Assembly: GCA_025839675.1 (NCBI GenBank)
Contig: CP104013.1
Location: 2,640,001 to 2,672,000 of the forward strand
Direction: 5' to 3'
From: Candidatus Lokiarchaeum ossiferum
Lineage (GTDB): Archaea > Asgardarchaeota > Lokiarchaeia > Sigyniarchaeales > Promethearchaeaceae
Length of the DNA: 32,000 nt
Positions 16,615 through 25,589 of the stretch are shown here, one piece after another. How positions within the stretch are numbered: position 1 is the first letter of the stretch; each line of letters begins with the position of its first letter. The position numbers and the translations under genes are program-made. Under the pieces are notes generated by a model. It did not search any database. It was not told the DNA's origin and was given only the letters and a program-made list of their open reading frames with translations.

Positions 16615-17586
16615 TCAACTATTTTTCACGGGAGATGGTTGGAAAAACACCCCACAATTGGAACAGAATCTCGCATTATCTTCCGATCGTTGAGAACCAC
16701 AACATTGGCAGAATCGCTCGCGATTCCAAGTTTTTTTAGGAGAACTTATTTCCATTTGTTGATTTAAGTGCATAGAATTTGTTGAATTCTCCCTTTCCAA
16801 GGTATCAGATTTAAGATTTGTATCACGAAAATTCCCCAATTTCTTGAAACCGTTTCCCGATCTGGCAATGCCAACATTGAATAGCGCATCCCCCAAGGGT
16901 ACTGATACAAATGAAATAATGCATCCCAATTTCATCAAATTTAAACCTGATTCAAGGGAAATCAACTCAAAATTTGTTGGATCAGCATAAACTTGAACCT
17001 TTATCCATAGGTTTAACTCAATAATCGATAGGATTGAGAAAACTTTTGTGATCAAAAAGACGAACACAATCAGCATCCCTAATATACCTAAAGAAATTAT
17101 TTGGCCAGTATTAGTATTTCGCCGGTAGGTTCCGTAATAATCATAATATCCTGATGATTGATTAGTCATTTGGAGTAGTAGAGCAATGAAAACGAGAATC
17201 ATGAGTATCAAGAAAGCCATGAAACAGAGTCGCAAAATTTCATAGCGGTTTGCCTTCTTGAAGTGGAAATCATTAATTTGAGCGCTTGTATTCCGCATTT
17301 GATAAACATATCTGAAATATTTCACAATCACTGGAAATCCAAAGATAATTATACCACCCCCCAATATTAAAGGAATTGCGACACCATAATCATCCAATAC
17401 ATAAGAGATTCCACTCGATGTCAGCATTGAAGGTAATAAATAAGCAACAATTACAGAAAAAAGCGCTTTGAAGGGATAATACACCCAGTAAGGCACGAGT
17501 AAATCTTGAATGGCATTTCCAAAATCATGTAAGGCATTATTCCGATACGATTTAATTTCATCAGATGTTGATTGCATTTTTATCAA
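16615..17586 (-). CDS. hypothetical polytopic membrane protein with C-terminal zinc ribbon
   Basis: 323 aa. Same membrane core as 15815-16528, plus a C-terminal tail with CQCCGSQRSEDNARFCSNCG. The track start is TTG 17586; ATG 17577 is an alternative. Confidence 0.6.
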   Translation of the reverse strand: MIKMQSTSDEIKSYRNNALHDFGNAIQDLLVPYWVYYPFKALFSVIVAYLLPSMLTSSGISYVLDDYGVAIPLILGGGIIIFGFPVIVKYFRYVYQMRNTSAQINDFHFKKANRYEILRLCFMAFLILMILVFIALLLQMTNQSSGYYDYYGTYRRNTNTGQIISLGILGMLIVFVFLITKVFSILSIIELNLWIKVQVYADPTNFELISLESGLNLMKLGCIISFVSVPLGDALFNVGIARSGNGFKKLGNFRDTNLKSDTLERENSTNSMHLNQQMEISSPKKTWNRERFCQCCGSQRSEDNARFCSNCGVFFQPSPVKNS

Positions 17587-17736
17587 TCAAAATATCTTCA
17601 TTTGTTATATAAAGAAATGAGGTAAGAAGATAGAACGTTTCTAGAAGTTCAGCAAAACCAATAGCTTTACAAAAGACTTATTGGGAAAAAATATAACTTC
17701 TATTTACTGAAAAAGTTACAAAAATGTGGAAATATC

Positions 17737-19101
17737 ATGAGTGATATACAAACTACAAAATACAATAACATATATAAAAAATATCATAAAGCAGATTTCG
17801 GGAAGTGCGATGTTTGTGGACGTGCGATTCCTGCATATTACTTAGGAAAATCGAAATTTAAAGCCCACTCACTGCAAAAGCATCATGTATGCTTAAAAGA
17901 TGACAAAGCCCATATTCAATTTTATATGGATACGGATGATGATTATGTTCTCTATGAAACATATAGACGATTGAGAAAATTACGATTGCAATTTATGGAG
18001 AAATATCTGTTTCCGGTAATTTTCGTGGCACTATTTATTTCATGGACAATTGGATGGGGAATTTATATTGATGAACGAACTCGTTATTATAGAGACGCCA
18101 CATTAGGAATTTTAATGATACTGTTAGGCATTCTTCTACTGTTTATTGGAATTAGTATCGGAATATTTAGAAGCGATAAGGCCAGGGCAATTTTAGGTGA
18201 TAAAAAGGATTCTGCCTTCTCTCTATTGAAAGAACGAACAATTCTTATCCAAAATCCTCTTCTCAAACTCTATGTTAAAAATTATCGCCCATTAATCACC
18301 ACTAATGAATGCACATTGTGCGGAAGACCCATACCTGCATATTATTTAAGTAAAAAACGTGGATATTTACCAAATCTACAAGCATACAATGTATGCCTGA
18401 ATGGTGATTCACAGCATCTACAATTTTATTTAGAGCAAGATGATAAGCATTTAACTAGTGATGTTTACCGGCGATTATCTGCCCTACTTACTAATTTCAT
18501 TTCATTTATCATTTTTGGTTGTATATTATTTCCACTTGCTATTTTGATTTGTGGAATTGCTAGTTTAGTTTTATTATCAAGTAGTTATGAATTAGAAACA
18601 GGAATTATCTTGCTTCTTATTTCTATACTCCTTTCTATCGTTGATTATAATTTATTCCATGAATATTTAGAATATCGGAAGATTTTGGGCTATTTTGATA
18701 GGGAAAGGTATCAAACTTTGAAAGAACGTTATTTATTTGAACGAAAGACCTTCTATATCGGCGATAAACGCAACCGACAAAATCTTGATCAGATTCCAAC
18801 TGAAATTCGAATGAAACGACTGGAAAATTTATTTGAAGTGAGTAATAATGTCAAGATCAACGACGTCGCACAAATTTTAGGATTAAGTCGTATTGAATTG
18901 ATAACTACCTTATTGGATAATAAAGATAATTTATCCGGCTTCAAATTAGAACAAGATACCCTGATTATCTCCAATGCAAAAGATTTGACAGGATTTATGT
19001 TAGTATTAGACAAAGATTTTCAAGATTGGGAGAATAATGAATCTTCGAATCAAGGAAAGGTTTCTACTTTGGAACAATCTAAGGAAATTGATATTGAGTA
19101 A
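17737..19101 (+). CDS. internally duplicated Cys/His-motif membrane protein with a C-terminal winged-helix-like domain
   Basis: 454 aa. The 57-aa motif CxxCGRxIPAYYL...VCL..D..H(I/L)QFY..DD......YRRL occurs twice (nt 17806-17976 and 18310-18480; 27/57 identical by hand alignment). Each copy is followed by two TM helices. The C-terminal INDVAQILGLSRIELITTLLDNKDNLSGFKLEQDTLIIS (about nt 18814-18981) reads as a winged helix. Confidence 0.6.
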   Translation: MSDIQTTKYNNIYKKYHKADFGKCDVCGRAIPAYYLGKSKFKAHSLQKHHVCLKDDKAHIQFYMDTDDDYVLYETYRRLRKLRLQFMEKYLFPVIFVALFISWTIGWGIYIDERTRYYRDATLGILMILLGILLLFIGISIGIFRSDKARAILGDKKDSAFSLLKERTILIQNPLLKLYVKNYRPLITTNECTLCGRPIPAYYLSKKRGYLPNLQAYNVCLNGDSQHLQFYLEQDDKHLTSDVYRRLSALLTNFISFIIFGCILFPLAILICGIASLVLLSSSYELETGIILLLISILLSIVDYNLFHEYLEYRKILGYFDRERYQTLKERYLFERKTFYIGDKRNRQNLDQIPTEIRMKRLENLFEVSNNVKINDVAQILGLSRIELITTLLDNKDNLSGFKLEQDTLIISNAKDLTGFMLVLDKDFQDWENNESSNQGKVSTLEQSKEIDIE

Positions 19102-19139
19102 TTCATTTTTTCTTTCTTCTTTATTTTAACTAGCAAAAC

Positions 19140-19147
19140 TTATTTTA
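19140..19147 (+). promoter_or_regulatory. TATA-like box upstream of the first Ubl gene (leaderless spacing)
   Basis: TTATTTTA is centred about 27 nt upstream of ATG 19171. Confidence 0.3.
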
Positions 19148-19170
19148 GATCTGACCGCGAAATAATATTG

Positions 19171-19479
19171 ATGGGCGCTTCATTTACCCTACGGGTACAA
19201 TTTTTTGCGAATTTACGAGAAATTATCGGTATTAAGGAAACTTCCATCAATTTTTCCGAAAATCAATCAGTGGATGATCTTTTACAAATTCTCCGTAAAT
19301 CCTATCCGAATGGTGAAGAATTTTATCAAAATGTAGTGGACGAAGCCAATCAAAACCTCCAACCCTATGTGAAGATAATAATTGATGGGCGAATCCTCTT
19401 CAATAATATCGCTTTGAACACAATAATCTCTCCAGATGTTAAGACCATTCTTATTTTTCCCCCTGTCGGAGGAGGTTAG
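19171..19479 (+). CDS. MoaD/ThiS-family beta-grasp ubiquitin-like protein (SAMP/MoaD-like) ending in Gly-Gly
   Basis: Track ORF is 19168 (TTG); ATG is at 19171. RVQFFANLREIIG...SVDDLLQIL....P......V.IIIDGR.......L.T.I...D...IFPPVGGG is the canonical MoaD layout with a PPxxGG C-terminus. Confidence 0.8.
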   Translation: MGASFTLRVQFFANLREIIGIKETSINFSENQSVDDLLQILRKSYPNGEEFYQNVVDEANQNLQPYVKIIIDGRILFNNIALNTIISPDVKTILIFPPVGGG

Positions 19480-19488
19480 ATTTGGGCT

Positions 19489-19779
19489 ATGAATATCACA
19501 CTGAAATTATATGCAAATTTACCTAAAATCTTTGGATTTAAGGAAAAAACCTATAGGTTCTCATCCCCAACATCGGTGGATCAATTTTTCACCTTTTTAA
19601 AGCAAACAAATACTACGATTGACCAATATATTTCAAAACTTCTTTCTTTACCTGAAAAACAAAGAAAAAATTTCATCCATGTCGCATCTAATTCAATTTG
19701 TGATCTAAAACAGAATGGGAAAGATCAACATCATAAATCGATTACGATATCACTATTTCCGCCTATGAGCGGGGGATAA
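19489..19779 (+). CDS. second, divergent MoaD/ThiS-like ubiquitin-like protein ending in Gly-Gly
   Basis: 96 aa, 9 nt after the previous stop. The GGAGGAGG at the end of the upstream gene serves as its SD. ITLKLYANLPKIFGFKE...SVDQFFTFLKQ....SLFPPMSGG is collinear with the upstream Ubl. Confidence 0.6.
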   Translation: MNITLKLYANLPKIFGFKEKTYRFSSPTSVDQFFTFLKQTNTTIDQYISKLLSLPEKQRKNFIHVASNSICDLKQNGKDQHHKSITISLFPPMSGG

Positions 19780-19805
19780 TTCGGAAAAAAAAGTCCATGG
19801 AATAT

Positions 19806-20444
19806 TTATTTTAATTCTTGGACAAGTAATATTCTTGGATAATCTTTTTCAGGATTATCCGAAAGCATCAACGCACCTCCTGAAGCATCAATGAAACTTT
19901 TATAAAAAGTTTGAATATTATAAACTCCTGCAGGGAGTTCCTCTGTTTCATAATAGAGATGAATATGATCTGTACGAATGCGATAATAACTGATATCATT
20001 TTCATCATCTACACTAATAACTAAGGTGGAAATGTTACCAACTCCTTCAATTGCCAAAATGATTTGGAAACTAATAACTCGATCTGCCGTACTTGTCAAG
20101 GAGAGAGATGTAGGTGTAGAAAAGACAGCAGAAATTCGAGAATTCTCCTGAATTGTAATATTCATTTTGGTTCCAGGTATCTCCAGAAGTGATGTTTGAG
20201 AACTTTGTATGTATGCATGATCAGTAAACTGTTGATATTTGGATTGAAGAAGAATTCCTTCATCTGCTGTTAAATTATCCGCTGTAATAAAATCTTTGAT
20301 ATCATCTTGGGTTACAAGATCTGCATTATCACTTTTTAAGGTTGGATAGAGATAAGGAAAGGCAATATACATACCAGATCCGGTGATTATAACGGATAAG
20401 AAGATTGCACCAAGTAATTGTCCCATGTCTTTCATAGTTTTCAC
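19806..20444 (-). CDS. hypothetical secreted or membrane-anchored beta-rich protein
   Basis: 212 aa. An N-terminal hydrophobic signal/anchor (LLGAIFLSVIITGSGMYIAF), then a strand-rich Ser/Thr-rich domain. Confidence 0.5.
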   Translation of the reverse strand: MKTMKDMGQLLGAIFLSVIITGSGMYIAFPYLYPTLKSDNADLVTQDDIKDFITADNLTADEGILLQSKYQQFTDHAYIQSSQTSLLEIPGTKMNITIQENSRISAVFSTPTSLSLTSTADRVISFQIILAIEGVGNISTLVISVDDENDISYYRIRTDHIHLYYETEELPAGVYNIQTFYKSFIDASGGALMLSDNPEKDYPRILLVQELK

Positions 20445-20618
20445 TTTAATTTATTGGTATAAATTTTAAACCAATAGCAATAAATTTGCGTTTCACCTTA
20501 TTAGTCTTTTCCTTTCGTGGCTCTATTAATTATCCCTTTCAATAATTTTACTATTAAAATTCAAAATCCTGTGGATGGAAAATAGAAAAAAAGTGATTTC
20601 TTCAAAAAAGAAATTTTT

Positions 20619-21452
20619 TTACTTTCCCCGCCACTTCGGATCTTCTTTATCGAAAAATGAAGCAACTCCGATCTTGAAATCTTTCGTATTTATTAACACC
20701 GAATTCACCATGGCCTCTCGATCTAGCCCTTCAGCACAGGATTCTGTGTATAATGCATCTATCATTCGTTTTCCCATTCCAACTGCAAGAGGAGCAGCCC
20801 GAAGAAGAGATTGAACCATAGAATTTACATCACCCTCTAAATCTTCAGGAGTATTTGCAACTCCATTTAAGAATCCCATGCGAAATCCTTCAATTGCATT
20901 CACCAATCGTCCCGCTAAACATAGTTCCTTTGTGTGGGAAACATTCACTAAACGCGAAAGTCGTGTTGATCCACCAAGATCGGGAATGATACCAAGATAG
21001 GATTCCTTCATTTGAAATGTAGATTGAGTCGTTGCATAACGAAAATCGCAAGCAAGAGCGAGTTCAAATCCAGATCCATAGCAAATTCCATCGATGACGG
21101 CAATAACCGGTATTTCGAGAGTTGCAATCTTAGTAAAAATGTTTTGCAATGTGGTTTTCATACCGTAACGAAAGGGTGACCCAGTAAAATCAAATTTTGG
21201 TGCCGTAGGATCTTGTCCAGCTAAAAATTTCAAATCTATTCCTGCAGAAAAGACTTTTGCTTTGCTTTTGAGTAAGATAATCCGCACTTTTTTATTGAAA
21301 CTTAGTGCATCAAGATGGTCTGCGAGTTGAGAAAATATCGCCCAATTTAGAGCATTCATTTTTTCAGGACGATTTAACCACAAAGTGGCAATTTGTCCGG
21401 TATCATCCATTTCAAGTAAAACTTTAGGTTCTTGCACCATGATGTATGACAA
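20619..21452 (-). CDS. enoyl-CoA hydratase/isomerase (crotonase) family protein
   Basis: 277 aa. Oxyanion-hole motifs VFSAGIDL and DGICYGSGFELALACDFRYA. Both catalytic-type Glu positions are present (GFELAL; QMKESYLGIIPDLGGSTRL). Confidence 0.9.
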   Translation of the reverse strand: MSYIMVQEPKVLLEMDDTGQIATLWLNRPEKMNALNWAIFSQLADHLDALSFNKKVRIILLKSKAKVFSAGIDLKFLAGQDPTAPKFDFTGSPFRYGMKTTLQNIFTKIATLEIPVIAVIDGICYGSGFELALACDFRYATTQSTFQMKESYLGIIPDLGGSTRLSRLVNVSHTKELCLAGRLVNAIEGFRMGFLNGVANTPEDLEGDVNSMVQSLLRAAPLAVGMGKRMIDALYTESCAEGLDREAMVNSVLINTKDFKIGVASFFDKEDPKWRGK

Positions 21453-21519
21453 TTGGTAGGGGATCTAGAAAAAGCTTCAGTTTTCAAATTCAGAAAAATT
21501 AAAAAAAAATACATTAAGA

Positions 21520-22656
21520 TTACATCTTATTGCCTAGCAACTGTTTAGTTAACATTAGCATAAATTTAGCATTTCCAACCTTCTTCTTTAATATATTCAA
21601 GTAGAGCTGAGCACTGTTCTTTGGTGGAACTTTGACTTTTTTATTCCTTTCTAAAACAATTGCTTCTTTAGGACACGTTGGAACGCAGATACCACACCCA
21701 ATACATCGCGTATAATCAACTATACTCTTTTTATCCACAATTTGAATGGCATCCATTTGGCACCGTTGTTTGCAACGACCACACCCAATGCAGAGATCTT
21801 CATGAACAATCGCATGATAATTAGTTGCAAAATACTGAACAGGATTATCAAGGGGCTTAGCTGAAGAAAGAATTTCACAACAACATCCACAACACAAACA
21901 TATAGCAAATAATTTTTGAGTGTTGGAAGGTTGAACCACGAGTCCATCCTTTTCAGCATTAATTAAGATTGTTTTACATTCATCTTTGGTGATCATTCTC
22001 CCCCACCCCTTTTGAACATAACTGCGTGCAGCACTACCAAAAACTAAACAAATTTCACGGTTTTTAGTCACCTTACAAGGGTTTCCTAAAAGATCTTCCC
22101 CTTGTTTGCATATACAATTTGCCACTGCAATGGGTTTTGTATATTCATTAATTATAGCTCGAATATCATCATAAGTGCTAATTGGGAGATCCGGAGCAAT
22201 GCTTCCTTCCGTAGGGATCGTTCGCAACTGAGGAATTTTTGTTTGCAAAATCTCATCGCGGAAAGCTTCATCTAAATATTTTTTAAAAAGAGCATAGAAT
22301 TCCTTCGTCATGCGGTTAACTTGAAATTCAAAAATACCGATGGCGAGAAAGGTAACTGCATAATACTTTATTCCACTTCTATTTATATGAGTCGTTATCA
22401 AACCTCTATCACCTAAAGAATCTAGAGTTGATTCCAATCCTTCAATAGAAATGTGATGTTTTTGAAGTCGTTTAATTATTGTAGGGAGATTTTCTGGAGC
22501 CAATTTTAAATGAATGGTTATTTCTGCTTCTTCTGGAGTAAAAAGCATCTTCAAAAGATCTATATCAGAGCCAGATTCGGTTGAAGGATAACCAATTGGA
22601 AGTTTATCCAACCTTTGTTGTAGTTTTCGGTAAATGTTATTGTTTTCAGCCATCAT
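21520..22656 (-). CDS. 4Fe-4S dicluster domain protein with an N-terminal winged-helix-like region and a Cys-rich core
   Basis: 378 aa. Two ferredoxin motifs: CIGCGRCKQRCQ and CIGCGICVPTCP. An unusual CLCCGCCC run at nt 21877-21900. Additional NCICKQG....PC Cys residues. Confidence 0.8.
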   Translation of the reverse strand: MMAENNNIYRKLQQRLDKLPIGYPSTESGSDIDLLKMLFTPEEAEITIHLKLAPENLPTIIKRLQKHHISIEGLESTLDSLGDRGLITTHINRSGIKYYAVTFLAIGIFEFQVNRMTKEFYALFKKYLDEAFRDEILQTKIPQLRTIPTEGSIAPDLPISTYDDIRAIINEYTKPIAVANCICKQGEDLLGNPCKVTKNREICLVFGSAARSYVQKGWGRMITKDECKTILINAEKDGLVVQPSNTQKLFAICLCCGCCCEILSSAKPLDNPVQYFATNYHAIVHEDLCIGCGRCKQRCQMDAIQIVDKKSIVDYTRCIGCGICVPTCPKEAIVLERNKKVKVPPKNSAQLYLNILKKKVGNAKFMLMLTKQLLGNKM

Positions 22657-22745
22657 GACACTACTATTGGTAGAACTAATAAATTTTTTTTCCTAATATT
22701 ACTGAATTTGAAAGTTTTTTAATTAATTTAAGTCAAATATCAACT

Positions 22746-23912
22746 ATGAAATTACCATTAGCCAACATAAAGATTTTAGATCTAACGAGACTACTTCCCG
22801 GACCTTATTGTACAATGATTCTTGCAGATTTGGGAGCGAAAGTAATACGAATAGAAGAGCCCAATTTTTCCTACCCAACCTCTGTTCCATGTTATCAAAA
22901 AGGAAATATCAAACAACCTATCTTTGATACGATTTTAATGCGAAATAAGGAATCAATCAGATTAAATCTGAAGAAATCAGACGAGAGAGCAAAATTTCTG
23001 GTTTTAGCACAAACTGCAGATGTTATCATAGAAGGATTTCGTCCAGGAATAACTAAGAAATTAGGAATTGATTATAACACGGTAAGAAAATTAAATCAAC
23101 AGATAATATACTGTTCTCTTACAGGATATGGTCAATCGGGACCCCATAGCGATTTTCCCAGCCATGATATTAACTTCGCAGGGCTATCGGGAAACCTTTT
23201 TGTGCCCTATCAAAAAACAGAAAAAAATCAAGGACAAGAACACAAACCACCTCAACTCCCCATGTATCAAATTTCAGATATTAGTGGAGGTTTTTATTCC
23301 GCAATTGGGATTCTTGGAGCAATAATTGAACGAAGGAATAATTCAGATCACAAGGGACAGTACATCGACATCTCAATGTTAGATAGTGCTTTTGCATTCA
23401 ATCCACTCGGCATTGCATCAGTTTTAGCGAATAATCTAAAATCTTTAAGCAATTTTAATGGAAATACTCCAAATTATACAATATACCGCACAAAAGATGG
23501 GAAATATATGGCAATTGGCAGTTTGGAACAAAAGTTTTGGTTTCAATTATGCGATACTTTGGGGCTTTCAGAATTGAAATCGCAACTAAATGTCCTTGAA
23601 GATGAAAAAGAAAAAATATACTCATTGTTAAGTCAAAAATTCAGCACAAAAACTCAAGAAGAATGGAAATCAATTTTTCACAAAGTTCAAGCGTGTGTTT
23701 CCCCAGTGTTGGAATATTCCGAAGCTATAAATCACGAACAATTACGATTTCGCAATATGATTACAGAAGAATTCCATCCACATTTTGGAAAGATTTTAAA
23801 TTTAGGAACTCCAATCAAGTATTCCCGTACCCCGCTTTCCATTCGAAAATCCGCTCCGTTAGCAGGAGAAGATACAAATGAAATACTCAATGAATTTCAG
23901 ATTTCAAAATAA
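22746..23912 (+). CDS. family III CoA-transferase (CaiB/BaiF/Frc-type; racemase-like)
   Basis: 388 aa. N-terminal LANIKILDLTRLLPGPYCTMILADLGAKVIRIEEP. EGFRPG...LGIDY..... N..IIYCSLTGYGQSGP. An active-site-region Asp in QISDISGG. Confidence 0.9.
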   Translation: MKLPLANIKILDLTRLLPGPYCTMILADLGAKVIRIEEPNFSYPTSVPCYQKGNIKQPIFDTILMRNKESIRLNLKKSDERAKFLVLAQTADVIIEGFRPGITKKLGIDYNTVRKLNQQIIYCSLTGYGQSGPHSDFPSHDINFAGLSGNLFVPYQKTEKNQGQEHKPPQLPMYQISDISGGFYSAIGILGAIIERRNNSDHKGQYIDISMLDSAFAFNPLGIASVLANNLKSLSNFNGNTPNYTIYRTKDGKYMAIGSLEQKFWFQLCDTLGLSELKSQLNVLEDEKEKIYSLLSQKFSTKTQEEWKSIFHKVQACVSPVLEYSEAINHEQLRFRNMITEEFHPHFGKILNLGTPIKYSRTPLSIRKSAPLAGEDTNEILNEFQISK

Positions 23913-24000
23913 GAAGAAAAAAGGGAACGAGGCAAATAATTTATTTGATTTAGCAAGATGGCTAATATAATCATCCAGTATTCTTTTTTATTTGAATTAT

Positions 24001-25314
24001 TTAATTTTTCAGTATTTTTTTTCGTATGAGGACAGTAAACCATTCAACTGAAAACTTATACTTTGATCTTTTCCATAGCGTAGTAATACCATACCATAAA
24101 GATAATTGCATCGCAACAAATGTAAACACTTCCAGATGTAATATAAAGGATGTCTGTGGTAGCAGTTTCCAAAGAGGGATGAACCACAACATATTGAGAA
24201 GGCATAACACACTCTCAAACATATAGACTGTCATAGTGACACTTCCATATTGACGAAAGATACGAGTCCTTTTTCGCAGAATTTCTGGTGAGGTAGAGGA
24301 GAATTCAATTTTTTTTATGAAAAGAAGGGTTAAGATTTGAATAACTGCAAAATCGAGAAGTTGGATTTCAAGAGGAAGAAACAGACCAAATGAATCAGGG
24401 GAAAGACTAAATCCATTTAATAATACAACTATACCAGCAGCTCCAAGAAAGATTATTGCTAAAAATCCACAAGACTTCTTAAAGAAGGCATAGTTTTCTC
24501 CTTGAGCAAATGCAAAGCCATAGATAATCCCAACAAATCCAAATGCAAAATTAGGGAAAATGCTCTGAGGAGGCCCTACAATGAGTTTTAATAGTAGAGT
24601 AATCCCATATTGACCCGCATTGAGACTTTCCCAGAAAAGATCATCGAAAACCAAATGTAGTATAGGAGAAAGGATAAACCATCCAAAAACCAAGCCAAAA
24701 AGTATCATTAAATTACGTTTAGGCTTATAAAAACCTTCTTTACATAATAAAAGGCTAATTAAGCCCACATTAAAAATTCCACTCATGGCGATAAGACCGA
24801 TCGCATCAGTTTGGAAAAAGACCTCATAATTGATGGGAAGTATTTTTCCCGTTTCAATAATACCAGTTAGGATCGTGTGTTGTACGGTACCATTCCAATG
24901 AAGCCCATAATGAAAAAGAAATACATGAAGAAGTGAGGCACCAAGTAAAACGGCATAATTGATGAGATTCTTTTTAATAATGCGGAGTAACATGGGATTT
25001 CTAAACGAGATCGAGGTTGGATTTTCAGATAAAGTATGTATTTCTTTTTGGGATTGGATGAATTTCTGAACATCTAAATAAAAGTTATACGATAATGCAC
25101 TTGCTGAGATCTGAACAAATACTGGTGCACAAGTCGCGATGATGATAATTGGAGATAAAATAATAATGGCAACAATCGAAAAGTCTTCTAAAGCAATTAG
25201 GCTCATATCCCAAAACATTAGATGAGAAAAAGCGTGAGCGATGATAATGACACATGTATAAAAGCCTCGAGAAGTGTCTAAACTTAAAAGACGTTTCCGT
25301 TGAGTTCCTTCCAT
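24001..25314 (-). CDS. polytopic membrane protein, DUF1624/HGSNAT-like acyltransferase family candidate
   Basis: 437 aa, about 11-12 hydrophobic helices. The N-terminal RKRLLSLDTSRGFYTCVIIIAHAF resembles the R..S(L/I)D..RG......(H) start of DUF1624/acyltransferase_3-type proteins. Confidence 0.55.
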   Translation of the reverse strand: MEGTQRKRLLSLDTSRGFYTCVIIIAHAFSHLMFWDMSLIALEDFSIVAIIILSPIIIIATCAPVFVQISASALSYNFYLDVQKFIQSQKEIHTLSENPTSISFRNPMLLRIIKKNLINYAVLLGASLLHVFLFHYGLHWNGTVQHTILTGIIETGKILPINYEVFFQTDAIGLIAMSGIFNVGLISLLLCKEGFYKPKRNLMILFGLVFGWFILSPILHLVFDDLFWESLNAGQYGITLLLKLIVGPPQSIFPNFAFGFVGIIYGFAFAQGENYAFFKKSCGFLAIIFLGAAGIVVLLNGFSLSPDSFGLFLPLEIQLLDFAVIQILTLLFIKKIEFSSTSPEILRKRTRIFRQYGSVTMTVYMFESVLCLLNMLWFIPLWKLLPQTSFILHLEVFTFVAMQLSLWYGITTLWKRSKYKFSVEWFTVLIRKKILKN

Positions 25315-25589
25315 AAAGAAAAAAACTTAGCACTTCACAAAAAACTTTCCAAAAATTAAGTTCTCAATAAATAACTTCAAAAAAAAAATTGAAACATATA
25401 AATCATTTAATAAATGGAATAAAAGTAATTTGATAGATCCGAATGATGGAATAAGTAATCCAAAACTCATTTTTTTTTATTTAGATATTGGAATGAATAA
25501 ACCACGACTTTTTAAAACATTTGACATTGCCATAACCATATATAACTGATTTGAAGATTCTTGATTTTTTAAATGATTAGACTTGAAAA

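Noticed and set aside
19806-20444. Possible class III (archaeal pilin-type) signal peptide at the N-terminus (KDMG-QLLGAIFLSV)
   Set aside because: The residue before Gly is not the usual Lys/Arg, and the hydrophobic stretch is interrupted by TGSG. A generic signal-anchor is the safer call.
20575-20814. Plus-strand ORF of 79 aa
   Set aside because: It is antisense to the 3' end of the crotonase gene, and its product is low complexity.
21720-21959. Minus-strand ORF of 79 aa nested in the Fe-S protein gene in another frame
   Set aside because: The overlapping frame carries the conserved ferredoxin motifs. The nested frame has no features.
24009-25333. Short ORFs on both strands within 24001-25314 (24009-24218, 24026-24226, 24867-25073, 25085-25333)
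   Set aside because: They are alternative frames of a long, continuous polytopic-membrane ORF and have no independent support.
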